Shown here in pieces: positions 47,578-58,223 of a stretch of DNA of 64,000 bases. The notes below the pieces were generated by a model. That model ran no database searches and was not told the origin of the DNA. It saw nothing but the letters and a program-made list of their open reading frames with translations. Numbering within the stretch: position 1 is the first letter of the stretch; each line of letters opens with the position of its first letter. Made by a program: the position numbers and the translations under genes. Origin of the DNA: Candidatus Aenigmatarchaeota archaeon (GTDB lineage Archaea > Aenigmatarchaeota > Aenigmatarchaeia > CG10238-14 > SCSR01); assembly GCA_039090665.1 (NCBI GenBank), contig JAWCSL010000002.1:1-64000 (forward strand), in the 5' to 3' direction.

Positions 47578-48855
47578 ATGAAGATAGCAGTTCTTTCAGA
47601 CTTTCATTTTGGCTTTTCTTTTAGCCCAGAGCTAGAAGATGATAGTTTTGAAAATGCGGAAGAAGCTATAGAAAAAGCTTTGGAAGCAGATTTGATTTTA
47701 ATTCTGGGCGACATTTTTGATTCCAGAGTACCAAAAACACAGACATGGGCAAAAGCTATGAAAGTTTTAGTCAAACCTTTACTTGAAGAAAATAAGGAAG
47801 TAAAGTTGATAAGCTCTTCAAAAGAATTGAAAAAAGCCTCTACAAGAACTCTAAACCATTTACCTGTAGTAGCAATTCATGGTACACATGAAAGAAAGGG
47901 AAGGGGTGAGTTGAATGCAGTTGAAGTTCTGGAGAATGCGGGTTTATTGATTCATTTACATTGTCAAACAATTGTTTTTGAAAAAAATGGGATTAAAGTT
48001 GCAATTCATGGGATGTCTGGCGTGCCGGAAAGATTTGCAAAAGATGTCCTTCAACAATGGAATCCCCAGCCAATAAAAGATAGCTACAACATCTTGCTAC
48101 TCCACCAAAGTATTGACCCTTACATTTATTCGCCTCTCGAACCACCAACAATATCTGTTTCTAACTTACCAAAAGGATTTGATTTGATAATAGATGGACA
48201 CATTCACCAACACGGAGAATATAAGATTAACGGAACAACTTTGTTATTTCCAGGTAGTACAATAGTAACACAGTTTGAAAAAACTGAAAGTGAGATTGAG
48301 AAAGGATTTTATTTTGTTGAGTTAACTGATAAAATAAAAATTGAGTTTATACCTCTTGAAAAAGACAGGAAATTTTTCTATGAGGAAATTCAGCTAACAG
48401 AAAATTCCCCAAAAGAACAAATAGAAATTAAGATAGAAGAAATCTTGAAAAACAATTTCCTTAAACCACCAATAATAAGATTAAAACTTCAGGGCAAAGG
48501 TATAGAAATTCTGGACCAGGATTTAAAAATTTTGGAAAGAAAGTACGCGGGAAAAGCTTTTATAATTTTTGCTAAAGAGTTCGAATCCCCAGAGATTCAG
48601 AGAAAAACTGAGTTCTTAAGAGCTTTGAGAGAACAAAGGCTTTCAGTTGAAGATATAGGTATGGAAATTTTTAGGAAAAATTTGGAAGAGCTGAACTTTT
48701 CTTCATCTTTTGATTTTGATCATGTTTTCAGATTGTTGAGTGAGGGTGAAGTAGAAAAAACTTTTAATATTCTTATGGGAGACCAAAAAACATTAGAAGG
48801 AATTTTGAAGAAATCTCTGAAAGATTTTGGTGTTGGTGATGATAACAAAAGTTGA
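47578..48855 (+). CDS. mre11: Mre11 nuclease
   Basis: SDFHFG, GDIFD, HGTHE, GHIH; upstream of rad50. Confidence 0.9.
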   Translation: MKIAVLSDFHFGFSFSPELEDDSFENAEEAIEKALEADLILILGDIFDSRVPKTQTWAKAMKVLVKPLLEENKEVKLISSSKELKKASTRTLNHLPVVAIHGTHERKGRGELNAVEVLENAGLLIHLHCQTIVFEKNGIKVAIHGMSGVPERFAKDVLQQWNPQPIKDSYNILLLHQSIDPYIYSPLEPPTISVSNLPKGFDLIIDGHIHQHGEYKINGTTLLFPGSTIVTQFEKTESEIEKGFYFVELTDKIKIEFIPLEKDRKFFYEEIQLTENSPKEQIEIKIEEILKNNFLKPPIIRLKLQGKGIEILDQDLKILERKYAGKAFIIFAKEFESPEIQRKTEFLRALREQRLSVEDIGMEIFRKNLEELNFSSSFDFDHVFRLLSEGEVEKTFNILMGDQKTLEGILKKSLKDFGVGDDNKS

Positions 48856-51202
48856 ACTTAAGAACTGGCGTTCACATTTGGAATCCAAATTTGATTTTTC
48901 TCCAGGCACAAACATATTACTAGGAAGCATAGGCTCTGGAAAATCTTCTGTTCTTGATGCTATTTGTTTTGCCTTTTTTGGGACTTTCCCTACTCTTCAA
49001 TCGAAAAAGATAAAGTTAGATGATGTTATCATGAAAAAGCCAGTAGAAAAAAATAGAGCAGAAGTTGAAGTCCATTTCCAATCAAATGGAAAGAATTATG
49101 TGGTCAAAAGAATTATAGAAAAGGGTAAAGGCACAACTTATTCTGAGATAAGAGAAGAAGGAAAATTACTTGAAGCTCCAAATACACAAAGGGTTACAGA
49201 AAAAGTGGAAGAAATTTTAAAAATTGATTATGAACTTTTCAGTAAAGCGATTTATTCTGAGCAAAATGCTTTAGATTATTTCTTGACAATACCAAAAGGT
49301 CAAAGAATGAAAAAAATAGACGAACTTCTAGCCATAGATAGATTTGAAAAAGCTAGGGCAGCAGCAGTAACTTTAATCAATAGAATTGCTGATAGAAAAT
49401 TTGGATTAGAAAGTATAATAACACAGATTGATGAAGAGGAACTAAGAAAAAGCATTTTTGAGTTGGAAAATATGATAAAAAAGCTTATTTTAGAAAAAGA
49501 AAGTTTGAAAAAAGATTTAGAAAAAATAAGTGAAGAAAGGGCAAATCTTGAGAAAGAGCTACGAGAATTAAAGAAAATGAAAGAAACATTGGAAAATTTG
49601 AAGAGAGAAGAAAGAGGAAAGGAAACGGTTCTAGAAGAGACTTCGAGAGCAATAAAATCAATTGAAGATGCAGTAAAAGGATTTTCAAAAGAGGAAATTC
49701 AAAAAACTCTTAAAGAGCTAGAAGAATTTGAAAAAAGGCTGGATGAAGAAAAAAAGCAAAAGAAAGAAGCTTATGAAAAGCAATTTTCCGAAATTTCTCA
49801 AGCTAATAGCAAGAAATTTTTCTATGAAGAAAAAATCTCAGAACTCAGACCAAGGCTTGCTGAAAAAATCGAACTAAAGAAAAAAATTGATCAATTGCTA
49901 AGCATGACAGGAGAAAATATAGAAGAACAATTAGAAAAAACAAAAACAGAAATAGATAAAATAAACTTTGAAATTTCTTCCACAACTACAATGATAAATG
50001 ATTTGAATTCTTTCATCCAACATCTTTCATCTCCAATTAACAAATGTCCTGTTTGTGATTCAACATTGACTCAAGAAAGGAAGGATTTTTTGATAAAACA
50101 AAAACAAGATCAGTTGAAGAAACTGGAAGATAAGCTTGAAAATCTAATGGTTAGCAAGCAAAATATGGGTGAAACTTTGAAAAGGCTTGAAGATTCTGCT
50201 AAGAAAATAAGCGAGATGCATATCCAAACAAAAGATATACCAGAGATTCAAAGAGAGCTTGAAAATTTGGAAAATAATTTAGTTCAAATCATTTCTTTCT
50301 TATCTCAAAATGAGAAAATCTTAGAGAATTTTAAAAGCGATCTGGAACAAATAGATAAGCAGATAAAAGAAAATGAAAACAAGAAGAAAAAGTATGAAAT
50401 ACTATTGATACAACTTGAAGATTTAGAAGAAAAGAAGAAAAGAAGTGAAGTGTTAAAGAAGGAAATAGAAGAAATCAGGTTAAGGATGAAAGAAATAGAA
50501 GTAAAACTTGAGGGCAAGGATTTAACAAGAATTGAAGAATTTCTCAAGTCAATTATAAGTAAAGAAAGTGAGATAAAGACAAGGATTGAGTCTTATGATT
50601 CTTTTATTCAAGAAAAAGAGTTGAGGAAAAAAGAATTTGAAGAAAAACTGAAAAATTTGGAAAAACAGAAGAAAGAAATCAAAAGATTAGAGAAGCTTAT
50701 AAGAGACCTAGAAATTTTCACTCTTGCTCTTCAACAAACACAAATTGAGCTGAGGAGCAATTTCGTGGAAGCGGTAAATTATACTATGGATAAGCTTTGG
50801 GGAACTCTTTATCCGTATCATGACTTTATTTCCGTTAGATTGAATGCAGAAGAAGGAGACTATGTTTTACAATTGCAAGGAAGAGACGGAAATTGGATGA
50901 ATGTTGAAGGCATAGCTTCTGGTGGTGAAAGAAGCATAGCTTGTCTTGCTTTGAGAATAGCTTTTGCTCTTGTGCTTGCGCCAACCATGAGAATGATCTT
51001 TCTAGATGAACCAAGTCACAATTTGGATCAAGTTTCGTTAAAAGTTTTTGCTACAACTTTGAAAGAAAAAATAAACGAATTTATTGATCAAGTTTTCTTG
51101 ATAACACATCAGTCTGAACTAGAAGATGCATTGACAGGCAACGGTTATTTGCTGGAAAGAGATAAAGAAAAGGATGGTGTGACAAGGGTAGTTGCTTTAT
51201 AA
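48839..51202 (+). CDS. rad50: Rad50 ATPase
   Basis: GSIGSGKSS, long coiled coil, CPVC Zn hook, SGGE, FLDEP. Confidence 0.92.
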   Translation: MITKVELKNWRSHLESKFDFSPGTNILLGSIGSGKSSVLDAICFAFFGTFPTLQSKKIKLDDVIMKKPVEKNRAEVEVHFQSNGKNYVVKRIIEKGKGTTYSEIREEGKLLEAPNTQRVTEKVEEILKIDYELFSKAIYSEQNALDYFLTIPKGQRMKKIDELLAIDRFEKARAAAVTLINRIADRKFGLESIITQIDEEELRKSIFELENMIKKLILEKESLKKDLEKISEERANLEKELRELKKMKETLENLKREERGKETVLEETSRAIKSIEDAVKGFSKEEIQKTLKELEEFEKRLDEEKKQKKEAYEKQFSEISQANSKKFFYEEKISELRPRLAEKIELKKKIDQLLSMTGENIEEQLEKTKTEIDKINFEISSTTTMINDLNSFIQHLSSPINKCPVCDSTLTQERKDFLIKQKQDQLKKLEDKLENLMVSKQNMGETLKRLEDSAKKISEMHIQTKDIPEIQRELENLENNLVQIISFLSQNEKILENFKSDLEQIDKQIKENENKKKKYEILLIQLEDLEEKKKRSEVLKKEIEEIRLRMKEIEVKLEGKDLTRIEEFLKSIISKESEIKTRIESYDSFIQEKELRKKEFEEKLKNLEKQKKEIKRLEKLIRDLEIFTLALQQTQIELRSNFVEAVNYTMDKLWGTLYPYHDFISVRLNAEEGDYVLQLQGRDGNWMNVEGIASGGERSIACLALRIAFALVLAPTMRMIFLDEPSHNLDQVSLKVFATTLKEKINEFIDQVFLITHQSELEDALTGNGYLLERDKEKDGVTRVVAL

Positions 51203-51203
51203 C

Positions 51204-51902
51204 TCATCTGAACAATTTTTCTGTTGGATAAACAATTATTCCTTTGCCAGACTTTATTTCAAATGGATGCGAGTCTGTGTCATGGTCTGTTGCTCTCATT
51301 TTTCTTATTGTTATTCCTCGAGGAGAGCCTGAAGAGTAAGATAACAATATTATGCCATCTGAAGTGAACTCCTCTATTCCGAAAGATGAAATAGAATTAG
51401 AACCTTCTGGAATTTCGCAAGTGAGTAAAGCAGTGCAATTCAATTTCTTGAGTAGTTTATCTAACTCAAGCAAACTCCTTCTAATCTCTAATGGTCTTTC
51501 GAAGAAAAGGCTTATAACTGTTATGGGATCAATAACTACCCTTTCTGCACCTATTTTTTCAACACTGTTTTCTATCAAATTCTTGAATTTTTCAAAATCA
51601 TAAATATCTGATTTAACAAAAAGCAGCTTTCCCTCTTTTTCCAATTTTTCCAAAGGCCAACCAAAAGTTAAGTTCATATACTTTTTTATTCTATCGACAC
51701 TTTCTTCTAAAGATATGTACACGCCTTTTTCATTTTTTTCCAAAGCACCATTCACCAAGAACTGTAAAGATAATATTGTCTTACCAGATCCAGGGGTACC
51801 TGAAACAAGAACAGTAGAGCCTTTTGGAAAACCTCCTTTGAGCAAGATATCCAAACCTTTTATACCTGAAGAAGTTCTTTCTATACCGTCAACTTCTTTC
51901 AT
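51204..51902 (-). CDS. Single-domain KaiC-like ATPase
   Basis: SGIKGLD, GTPGSGKT, SLEE, IRKMRAT. Confidence 0.9.
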   Translation of the reverse strand: MKEVDGIERTSSGIKGLDILLKGGFPKGSTVLVSGTPGSGKTILSLQFLVNGALEKNEKGVYISLEESVDRIKKYMNLTFGWPLEKLEKEGKLLFVKSDIYDFEKFKNLIENSVEKIGAERVVIDPITVISLFFERPLEIRRSLLELDKLLKKLNCTALLTCEIPEGSNSISSFGIEEFTSDGIILLSYSSGSPRGITIRKMRATDHDTDSHPFEIKSGKGIIVYPTEKLFR

Positions 51903-51937
51903 AATTTAATTTATTCCCCTAAGGTATAAGAATTAAT

Positions 51938-52525
51938 ATGGAGAAGTCGATAGAGACCATAAAAGGTGAGAAAAATCTTAAAAAATTTGTCAAAAAACTT
52001 GAACCAAAAACTGTGGTTTTGTTCATCATTGATGCAAAAAAATATCATAAGATACACCCAAAGCTCCTCCAAACTATAATAAAAGAAAAGTGTTTTGCTG
52101 GAATTTACATAACAATAAACAAACCTTACAGTACTTTGATAAAATACCTTAAAGAAAATAAAATAAACACAGACAATATTTTCTTTATTGATGCTATATC
52201 AAAGAGTGTTGGTGGAGAAATGAAGATGACAAAAGACTGTTTATTTATTCCATCTCCTTCTCAACTAACTGATTTGGCAATAGCTCTAACACAAGCTCTA
52301 GAAAGTATGGAACATAAGGAAAACAAATTTATTTTTTTAGATTCTCTTTCAACTTTGTTGATTTATAACTCTTTTGAAGTTGCGGCCAAGTTTGTTCATT
52401 TCGTAATCTCTAGGCTTAGATTGTTTGGGCTTGTTGGAATGATAATCTCAATAGAAAAGCAAATAGACGAGAGAATGTTAAATATTTTAATAGAGATGTG
52501 TGATAAGGTGGTGGAAGTTAAATGA
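51938..52525 (+). CDS. Degenerate KaiC/RecA-fold protein (DUF835-like)
   Basis: FFIDAIS, FLDSLSTLLIYN; no Walker A. Confidence 0.65.
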   Translation: MEKSIETIKGEKNLKKFVKKLEPKTVVLFIIDAKKYHKIHPKLLQTIIKEKCFAGIYITINKPYSTLIKYLKENKINTDNIFFIDAISKSVGGEMKMTKDCLFIPSPSQLTDLAIALTQALESMEHKENKFIFLDSLSTLLIYNSFEVAAKFVHFVISRLRLFGLVGMIISIEKQIDERMLNILIEMCDKVVEVK

Positions 52526-52872
52526 TTGAAATCTTCTTTCAGATCTTGAGCTTGCTCAACTCCATTTTAGCTTTCATAACAGTCATTATTTTTGCTCGTT
52601 CTAACATTAAATTCACGAAGGGTGAGCTACAAGAAATAATCAATTATTTTGTTTGGGGAACAATATTCATGTTTGGTGGAATGATAGCTCAACTTGAAGT
52701 CGAGTTTTTAAATTTAGCTGGCACACCGATAGACATGATAAAATATTTCCTGTTTTTAGGAGGTTTCTCATACTACTTGCTTGCTTCCTTTAAGATTCAT
52801 AAGATGTCAAAAGTTTTAGGCTTCGCTTCAGGAGAAATGCCTAAGAAACTTAAAAAAATCCTTAAATCTTAA
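52522..52872 (+). CDS. Small 3-TM membrane protein
   Basis: Hydrophobic segments; coupled to the upstream gene. Confidence 0.7.
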   Translation: MIEIFFQILSLLNSILAFITVIIFARSNIKFTKGELQEIINYFVWGTIFMFGGMIAQLEVEFLNLAGTPIDMIKYFLFLGGFSYYLLASFKIHKMSKVLGFASGEMPKKLKKILKS

Positions 52873-52897
52873 TTTCAAGGAACAGTTAATTTAGATT

Positions 52898-53308
52898 ATG
52901 AAAGCTCAAGTTGCACTTGAATATTTGATGATAATTTCTTTTGCTTTAATGGTTTTGTTACCTTATGCTCTTCATCTTCAAACAGTTTCTCAAAATTTGA
53001 GAGAAGATAACAATTTAGCTATAGCTTCAAATTCTCTACAAAAAATAGGTCAGGCAGCAGATTGGGTATTTTCTCAAGGCGAACCTGCAAAAATTACAAT
53101 TTTAGTCCAAATTCCTGCTAATGTTGAAGAGATTTCTTTTGCCGGAAAAATGATGAAATGGAAAGTTAGAACTAGTGCTGGTTTATCAGAAATTTACTAC
53201 ATTTCTTCAGCCAACTTGACGGGAAGTTTGCCTACCACTCCAGGCTACTATAATTTATTGATTCAAGCTATGGGGAATGGGGTGAAAATAAGTGTCAGCC
53301 CAAGTTAG
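52898..53308 (+). CDS. Class III signal peptide (pilin-like) protein
   Basis: MKAQVALEYL. Confidence 0.85.
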   Translation: MKAQVALEYLMIISFALMVLLPYALHLQTVSQNLREDNNLAIASNSLQKIGQAADWVFSQGEPAKITILVQIPANVEEISFAGKMMKWKVRTSAGLSEIYYISSANLTGSLPTTPGYYNLLIQAMGNGVKISVSPS

Positions 53309-53681
53309 CCTAGAATTCATTTCTTTACTTTCACTTCTTTTCATCTTTTTATTTCTCACAATCTATCACAGCTCCAATCTTTATATTCAAACAAACAGAG
53401 CAAAAGTATTAAAAGAAGCTCAAACAATAAGCGATCAAATTGCTTCTGAAATAAACTTGGCTCTTAAAGCAGGGAGTGGCTATTCAAGAATTTTCACTAT
53501 CCCCCAAAAAATTTCTAATGCAATAGATTACAACATAACAGTAAAGGATTATCTTGTGATTTTGAGTTGGAATAATGGTTTTGTCCAATCCACAATTTTG
53601 ACAAGAAACATAAGTGGCGAAATCTTGAAAGGTGAGAACTTGATAAGAAATTTAAATGGTGTAGTTTATGTTAACCAATAA
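53292..53681 (+). CDS. Class III signal peptide (pilin-like) protein
   Basis: MSAQVSLEFI. Confidence 0.8.
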   Translation: MSAQVSLEFISLLSLLFIFLFLTIYHSSNLYIQTNRAKVLKEAQTISDQIASEINLALKAGSGYSRIFTIPQKISNAIDYNITVKDYLVILSWNNGFVQSTILTRNISGEILKGENLIRNLNGVVYVNQ

Positions 53682-54150
53682 AGCTCAAGTTGTCACTTAT
53701 GATTTTTTCATAGCTTTAGCTATTTTCTTTTTAGTTATGGGTCTGGTGATGAGTATTTGGTATTATACAGTGATTCAAGCGGAAGAAAGTATGGAAAAGA
53801 GATTGGCTTATAATAACTTGCTTTCTGCATCTCAAGTTTGGTTCAAAGAGGGATTCCCAAAATATTGGGATGCTGAGAATGTAGTTGAGCTAGGCTTGTC
53901 GAATGATGGAAAAATAAATGAGACAAAAATAGAAATGCTTAAAAATTCTGTTGGGTATTCTAAAGCAAGCCTTCTGCTTAATCTTGGTAATTTTAACTTT
54001 TGTTATGAAGTTTATGACAAATCCGGAAATTTAATTTTTCGCTTTCCTCAAAATTTAGATCTTAGTTCAGCAAGAAACATATACAAGATAGAAAGAATTG
54101 GAATACTGAATGAGCAACCTGTGAAAGTGAGGACTTTGATATGGAATTGA
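53668..54150 (+). CDS. Class III signal peptide (pilin-like) protein
   Basis: NKAQVVTYDF; EGFPKYW. Confidence 0.8.
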   Translation: MLTNKAQVVTYDFFIALAIFFLVMGLVMSIWYYTVIQAEESMEKRLAYNNLLSASQVWFKEGFPKYWDAENVVELGLSNDGKINETKIEMLKNSVGYSKASLLLNLGNFNFCYEVYDKSGNLIFRFPQNLDLSSARNIYKIERIGILNEQPVKVRTLIWN

Positions 54151-56075
54151 AAGGTTTAGCTTTTACAACAGACATTTTAATAGGCTTAACTTTAGTTATA
54201 TCTTTAATCCCTCTCTTTTATTTTGTAATTGAGTCAAATTATCCAGAAACTTCTTTTCAGTCTTTGACCTACCAGGCAAATGATTTGATTGAAATACTAG
54301 CAAATTTGAAAGCAAGCTCTTTTTCAAACACATCTACAATTTCCATGCTCTTATCAAATAAAATAATTTCAGAAACTGATTTAAACAAAACTTTGTTAGA
54401 TTTAATAGGAACATTCTGGTATTCTGGAAACAAAAGCATCGCTTCAAATATAACAAAAGAAGTCCTGGAAGGTTTGACTGAAAAATGCTTCAGCCTCCAA
54501 ACTCACAACGAAACAATCTATTCATCTTGCTCATCTAATCCAAAAACAGTTTCTGTTGCTTACAGGTTGGAATCTGGCTATGAAATCGGAAAGCCGGTTT
54601 CTGGTTATGTAGCAAGGGCATGGGCAACAAAAGTGAGAAAAAACACCACTCAAATAATTATTTTCTATCCAGAAGGCTCAGGTTGGACTGCTCAAAGGTT
54701 GGAAATCACGAAAAACTTTGCTTTACCAACAAACATAACAATCTACAATGCAACTTTGTATGTTTCAATCCATTTCGGAACTTCCAAATCCCAAGCCCAA
54801 TTCGAGCAACTTAAAATCAATGATGTTCAAAAGAAAAATGATATAAAATGGCTTTACATGCAAGAAGAAGCTTTTGGGTGGGAAATTACTACAGCAGCTT
54901 ACGGTGTTGTTGATGTTACAAATGAAATTCAACCGGGAAACAATTCAATTTACTTGGTAATAGGAACACCAAACTACCATTCTCACATTCATCCAGGCAT
55001 GAGACTTATAGTAACTTATAGCTTAAGCCAAGAACTTTCAACAGGTAACAAAAGTTTCAAGAAGAGATATTATTTCGATAATGTGGTAGGAAGGACAGGT
55101 GCTTGGTCGATGGTCTCTTTCTACATTCCAGAAAATGCAAAAAACGCGAAAGCTCAACTTCATCTCAAAACTTTAGAGGTTGATGATACTGTAGATTTGT
55201 TTGGAAGAAATTCTAGCGATGTGATAATTTACTTCAATTCAGGTCACATCTTTTATAAAGATGGATATTGTTCTTCTCAAAATTGTTATCCTTCATGCAG
55301 CATCTCAGGCCTTTATTACAGGAATTGTCGAAAAGTTGGTGTTATGAATCCTGAACTCTTCTTGAATCTCACAAACAACTTGACGATAGGAACAAACGTG
55401 ATTTCAGTGTATTTGAACAATTATGGTGATGTTCATTGGGGAGATCAAAAGGCAATAATTTATTCAGATCCCCTGAATGATCCTGAAGGATCTTCTTATG
55501 TTGAAGTCTATTATGAAATGGAAGAACCAACTTTCAATTATGGTGAGATTGATATAACTAGAGAAATGTTGTTTGGAGGCTCTGCTAGCAACCCAAAAAC
55601 TTTCAATTTCACTCTAAACCAGAGCCAGAATAAAGTGATAGAGGCTTTTGTTCATATAGCCCAAGGTTTCAGTAGTATGGTTAACGCTTCAATAAACAAT
55701 TTCTGGATCTTCACTTCACCTTCTATTCGTGTGGTTCCTGAAAATGTGTATGTTTATCCCAACAAATTAAGTGTTGGAAAAAATTCAATAAGGCTTGTGG
55801 ACTTTCAAGAAGGTGGCTCTATTTCAGGAACAAACTACATCTTACCATGGTCTTCTTTTGAATATACATACCTTGTTAAAGGTTTAGTTGGTTATGGAAA
55901 TGTTTTCAATTCTTCTCAACTTGCAATAGAAGATGCTAAGCAAAGGCTTATTTCTCAAATGGGTGAAGAGGGAATAAAACCGGAAGGGATTCAAGTTGAT
56001 TCTCAATCCGTTCAGGGTTTGAGATGGCTTTGGGGTCCAAGCTTGTTCAAAATCTTGGTATGGGAGAGAGAATGA
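54141..56075 (+). CDS. Large class III signal peptide protein (adhesin-like)
   Basis: LKGLAFTTDIL followed by a TM and a beta-rich ectodomain. Confidence 0.75.
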   Translation: MELKGLAFTTDILIGLTLVISLIPLFYFVIESNYPETSFQSLTYQANDLIEILANLKASSFSNTSTISMLLSNKIISETDLNKTLLDLIGTFWYSGNKSIASNITKEVLEGLTEKCFSLQTHNETIYSSCSSNPKTVSVAYRLESGYEIGKPVSGYVARAWATKVRKNTTQIIIFYPEGSGWTAQRLEITKNFALPTNITIYNATLYVSIHFGTSKSQAQFEQLKINDVQKKNDIKWLYMQEEAFGWEITTAAYGVVDVTNEIQPGNNSIYLVIGTPNYHSHIHPGMRLIVTYSLSQELSTGNKSFKKRYYFDNVVGRTGAWSMVSFYIPENAKNAKAQLHLKTLEVDDTVDLFGRNSSDVIIYFNSGHIFYKDGYCSSQNCYPSCSISGLYYRNCRKVGVMNPELFLNLTNNLTIGTNVISVYLNNYGDVHWGDQKAIIYSDPLNDPEGSSYVEVYYEMEEPTFNYGEIDITREMLFGGSASNPKTFNFTLNQSQNKVIEAFVHIAQGFSSMVNASINNFWIFTSPSIRVVPENVYVYPNKLSVGKNSIRLVDFQEGGSISGTNYILPWSSFEYTYLVKGLVGYGNVFNSSQLAIEDAKQRLISQMGEEGIKPEGIQVDSQSVQGLRWLWGPSLFKILVWERE

Positions 56076-57037
56076 AAGGAATATTTTTCAGTTCGATGAT
56101 AATTTTCTTAATAACTTGCTTATTCATATTTTTTTCTATTCAGAGATCTATGCTATCTTTTTATTCCTCTCAAAGGGCAATTGAAAACAGGGTAGAAGCC
56201 ATGATCAAATTTTATGAAAGTGTAGTTTATGATTCAAGAAAATCTATGGAAATTACAGCACAAAGGGCAACTTGCTCTGCAATAAATTATGTAGTCACAA
56301 CAGGTTCTCCTTTACAATCTTCAAATGAAACTATAGCAGAGCTCATACTTCAAGGTACAATTAATTCTGAGCCTCAAGGGCTAATGGAAGCATCTACCGT
56401 GAAAGATTGGGAAGATAGTATAGAATACTTGGGAACTCTTCAAGGGTTTAGGACTAGTGTTGATATAAGAGATTTGTTGATAGAGCCTGAAGATAGTTAT
56501 CATCTCTCCATTTCTTACACTATTTTTGTAGAGCTTTATGATGATAACATCAAAACAAACCTTACAAAAAACTCAAGAGAAAAAATAATTATGAGCATAG
56601 AAAATATGGAAGATCCTCTTTATCCACTGAACACTTTAGGCAGAATAGTAAATATAATAAGACCAAGTCCACATTGGCTCAACTACTCTAGTGAAGACAC
56701 TTCAAATTTGAAGGACGATTTAGAAAATTCTTACTATCATCCTAGCTTATATGGAGCAAGTTTTCTGGATAGGCTTGAAGGCAAGTTCTTCGTTCAAGAA
56801 AAATACTTCAAACCAAACCCAATCGGACTGGAAAGTTTTGTCAATAAAGACAAAATCCTCAGTGCAGGCTTGCCGATAGACGCTTACGCTACAAATATAG
56901 ATTATCTTTACTTCTCAAAGAGTGGTGTAGATGCTTATTCTATTTCAGGAATGCCTTCTAATTTTAGATTAGATAATGAGACGAGTCTAGAAGGGAAGAC
57001 CCACCTTCAAATATACAATGTCACGGTGATTGAATGA
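56072..57037 (+). CDS. Class III signal peptide protein
   Basis: MKGIFFS followed by a TM; EDPLY, SFLDRLEG motifs; ATGA coupling. Confidence 0.75.
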   Translation: MKGIFFSSMIIFLITCLFIFFSIQRSMLSFYSSQRAIENRVEAMIKFYESVVYDSRKSMEITAQRATCSAINYVVTTGSPLQSSNETIAELILQGTINSEPQGLMEASTVKDWEDSIEYLGTLQGFRTSVDIRDLLIEPEDSYHLSISYTIFVELYDDNIKTNLTKNSREKIIMSIENMEDPLYPLNTLGRIVNIIRPSPHWLNYSSEDTSNLKDDLENSYYHPSLYGASFLDRLEGKFFVQEKYFKPNPIGLESFVNKDKILSAGLPIDAYATNIDYLYFSKSGVDAYSISGMPSNFRLDNETSLEGKTHLQIYNVTVIE

Positions 57038-57771
57038 AATTAAAATATAAAATTTCACTCATAGCCTTGATGTTAATAATATTGAGTTCCCTAATCTTGG
57101 GTCCAAAAGAGTTTAAACAAGCTTTTTTTCAATATTTTGAGAGAGACAAGGGAGAAGAAAGCACTTCAACTCAAAATTTAACTCAAAGTCAAACTGGCCA
57201 AACGAGCGAGACTAATTACTCCACAAGTCCACCCCAAGAAGGTGAAGGAGGTGCTGGGGAAACAAGCAAAGAAGAAGAACAAGCAGCAAAAGCAATAACC
57301 CTTGAAATCACAGACATTTGTTCAGGAAAGCTTGATCTATTCACTATTTCAGAAGGTGCTACCAAATGCTTGAACAAAAAATATCCATATCAAATAATCC
57401 TTGAAAAAAATTCAACTCATTTGACAACAAGTTTTTATGGTTTAAGCGGGTTTGAAGAAAGCTATGAGCTGAACGAAACTATTCTAATCTTCTTCATCTT
57501 TGCTGAGGATGTAGCGAGCGTGAGCCATGAGATTCAATCTTTCAGTTTGGAAGGGGGTCAAGACTTCAGTTTGGGTCAATATTATCTCCACACAATCTGG
57601 GAAAGAGATGCTGTTGGAAATTTAGTGATCTCAAAGATGATAGCAATTTTGCCTTTGCAAGTAAACGGCAATATTATGAGCAGTGATTGGAAAGAGCTTA
57701 AATTCTATCTAAATATACCTAACAAAACTTATTATTTGGGCAACCTTTGGGTCTTAGTGAAAGAAAAATAA
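57034..57771 (+). CDS. Membrane-anchored hypothetical protein with S/T/Q/E linker
   Basis: N-terminal TM, low-complexity linker. Confidence 0.7.
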   Translation: MKLKYKISLIALMLIILSSLILGPKEFKQAFFQYFERDKGEESTSTQNLTQSQTGQTSETNYSTSPPQEGEGGAGETSKEEEQAAKAITLEITDICSGKLDLFTISEGATKCLNKKYPYQIILEKNSTHLTTSFYGLSGFEESYELNETILIFFIFAEDVASVSHEIQSFSLEGGQDFSLGQYYLHTIWERDAVGNLVISKMIAILPLQVNGNIMSSDWKELKFYLNIPNKTYYLGNLWVLVKEK

Positions 57772-57781
57772 AAGAAAAAAG

Positions 57782-58192
57782 CTAAGACGCTCCATGTAAA
57801 GTTGCATTAACACTGCTCTCTATACCGCTAGCAACATCTATGAAGGTTATTTTCACTTCTACATCTCCAGCAAAGCAACCACTGCAAGGTATGGAAAGTC
57901 TTGATTGTGGTTTTCCATTTATGGGTATTTCAAAGATGTTTGAACCTTTTGAAGTATCAACTCGTGTAACATTTATTTCTCTTGGTCCTACAATCACCGA
58001 AAGGGTATTAGCACCATGATAGTCATAGGTAATTGCTGCGCCAGGCGGGAAACATGGACTACAAGGTCCACCAACACCACCGCCAGGCAATTTGAAAATA
58101 CCCATTGCATATAAAGCTGCAACCACTGCAATTACTATCAAGATTGCCCATCCATATGTCATCAAAAACTCAAGGGCTGCTTGTGCTTTCAT
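57782..58192 (-). CDS. Probable major type IV pilin
   Basis: MKAQAALEFLMTYGWAILIVIAVVAALY; last gene of pilus operon 2. Confidence 0.85.
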   Translation of the reverse strand: MKAQAALEFLMTYGWAILIVIAVVAALYAMGIFKLPGGGVGGPCSPCFPPGAAITYDYHGANTLSVIVGPREINVTRVDTSKGSNIFEIPINGKPQSRLSIPCSGCFAGDVEVKITFIDVASGIESSVNATLHGAS

Positions 58193-58223
58193 AAATTATA
58201 TTTAATTTTTCCGCCTTTTAAAG

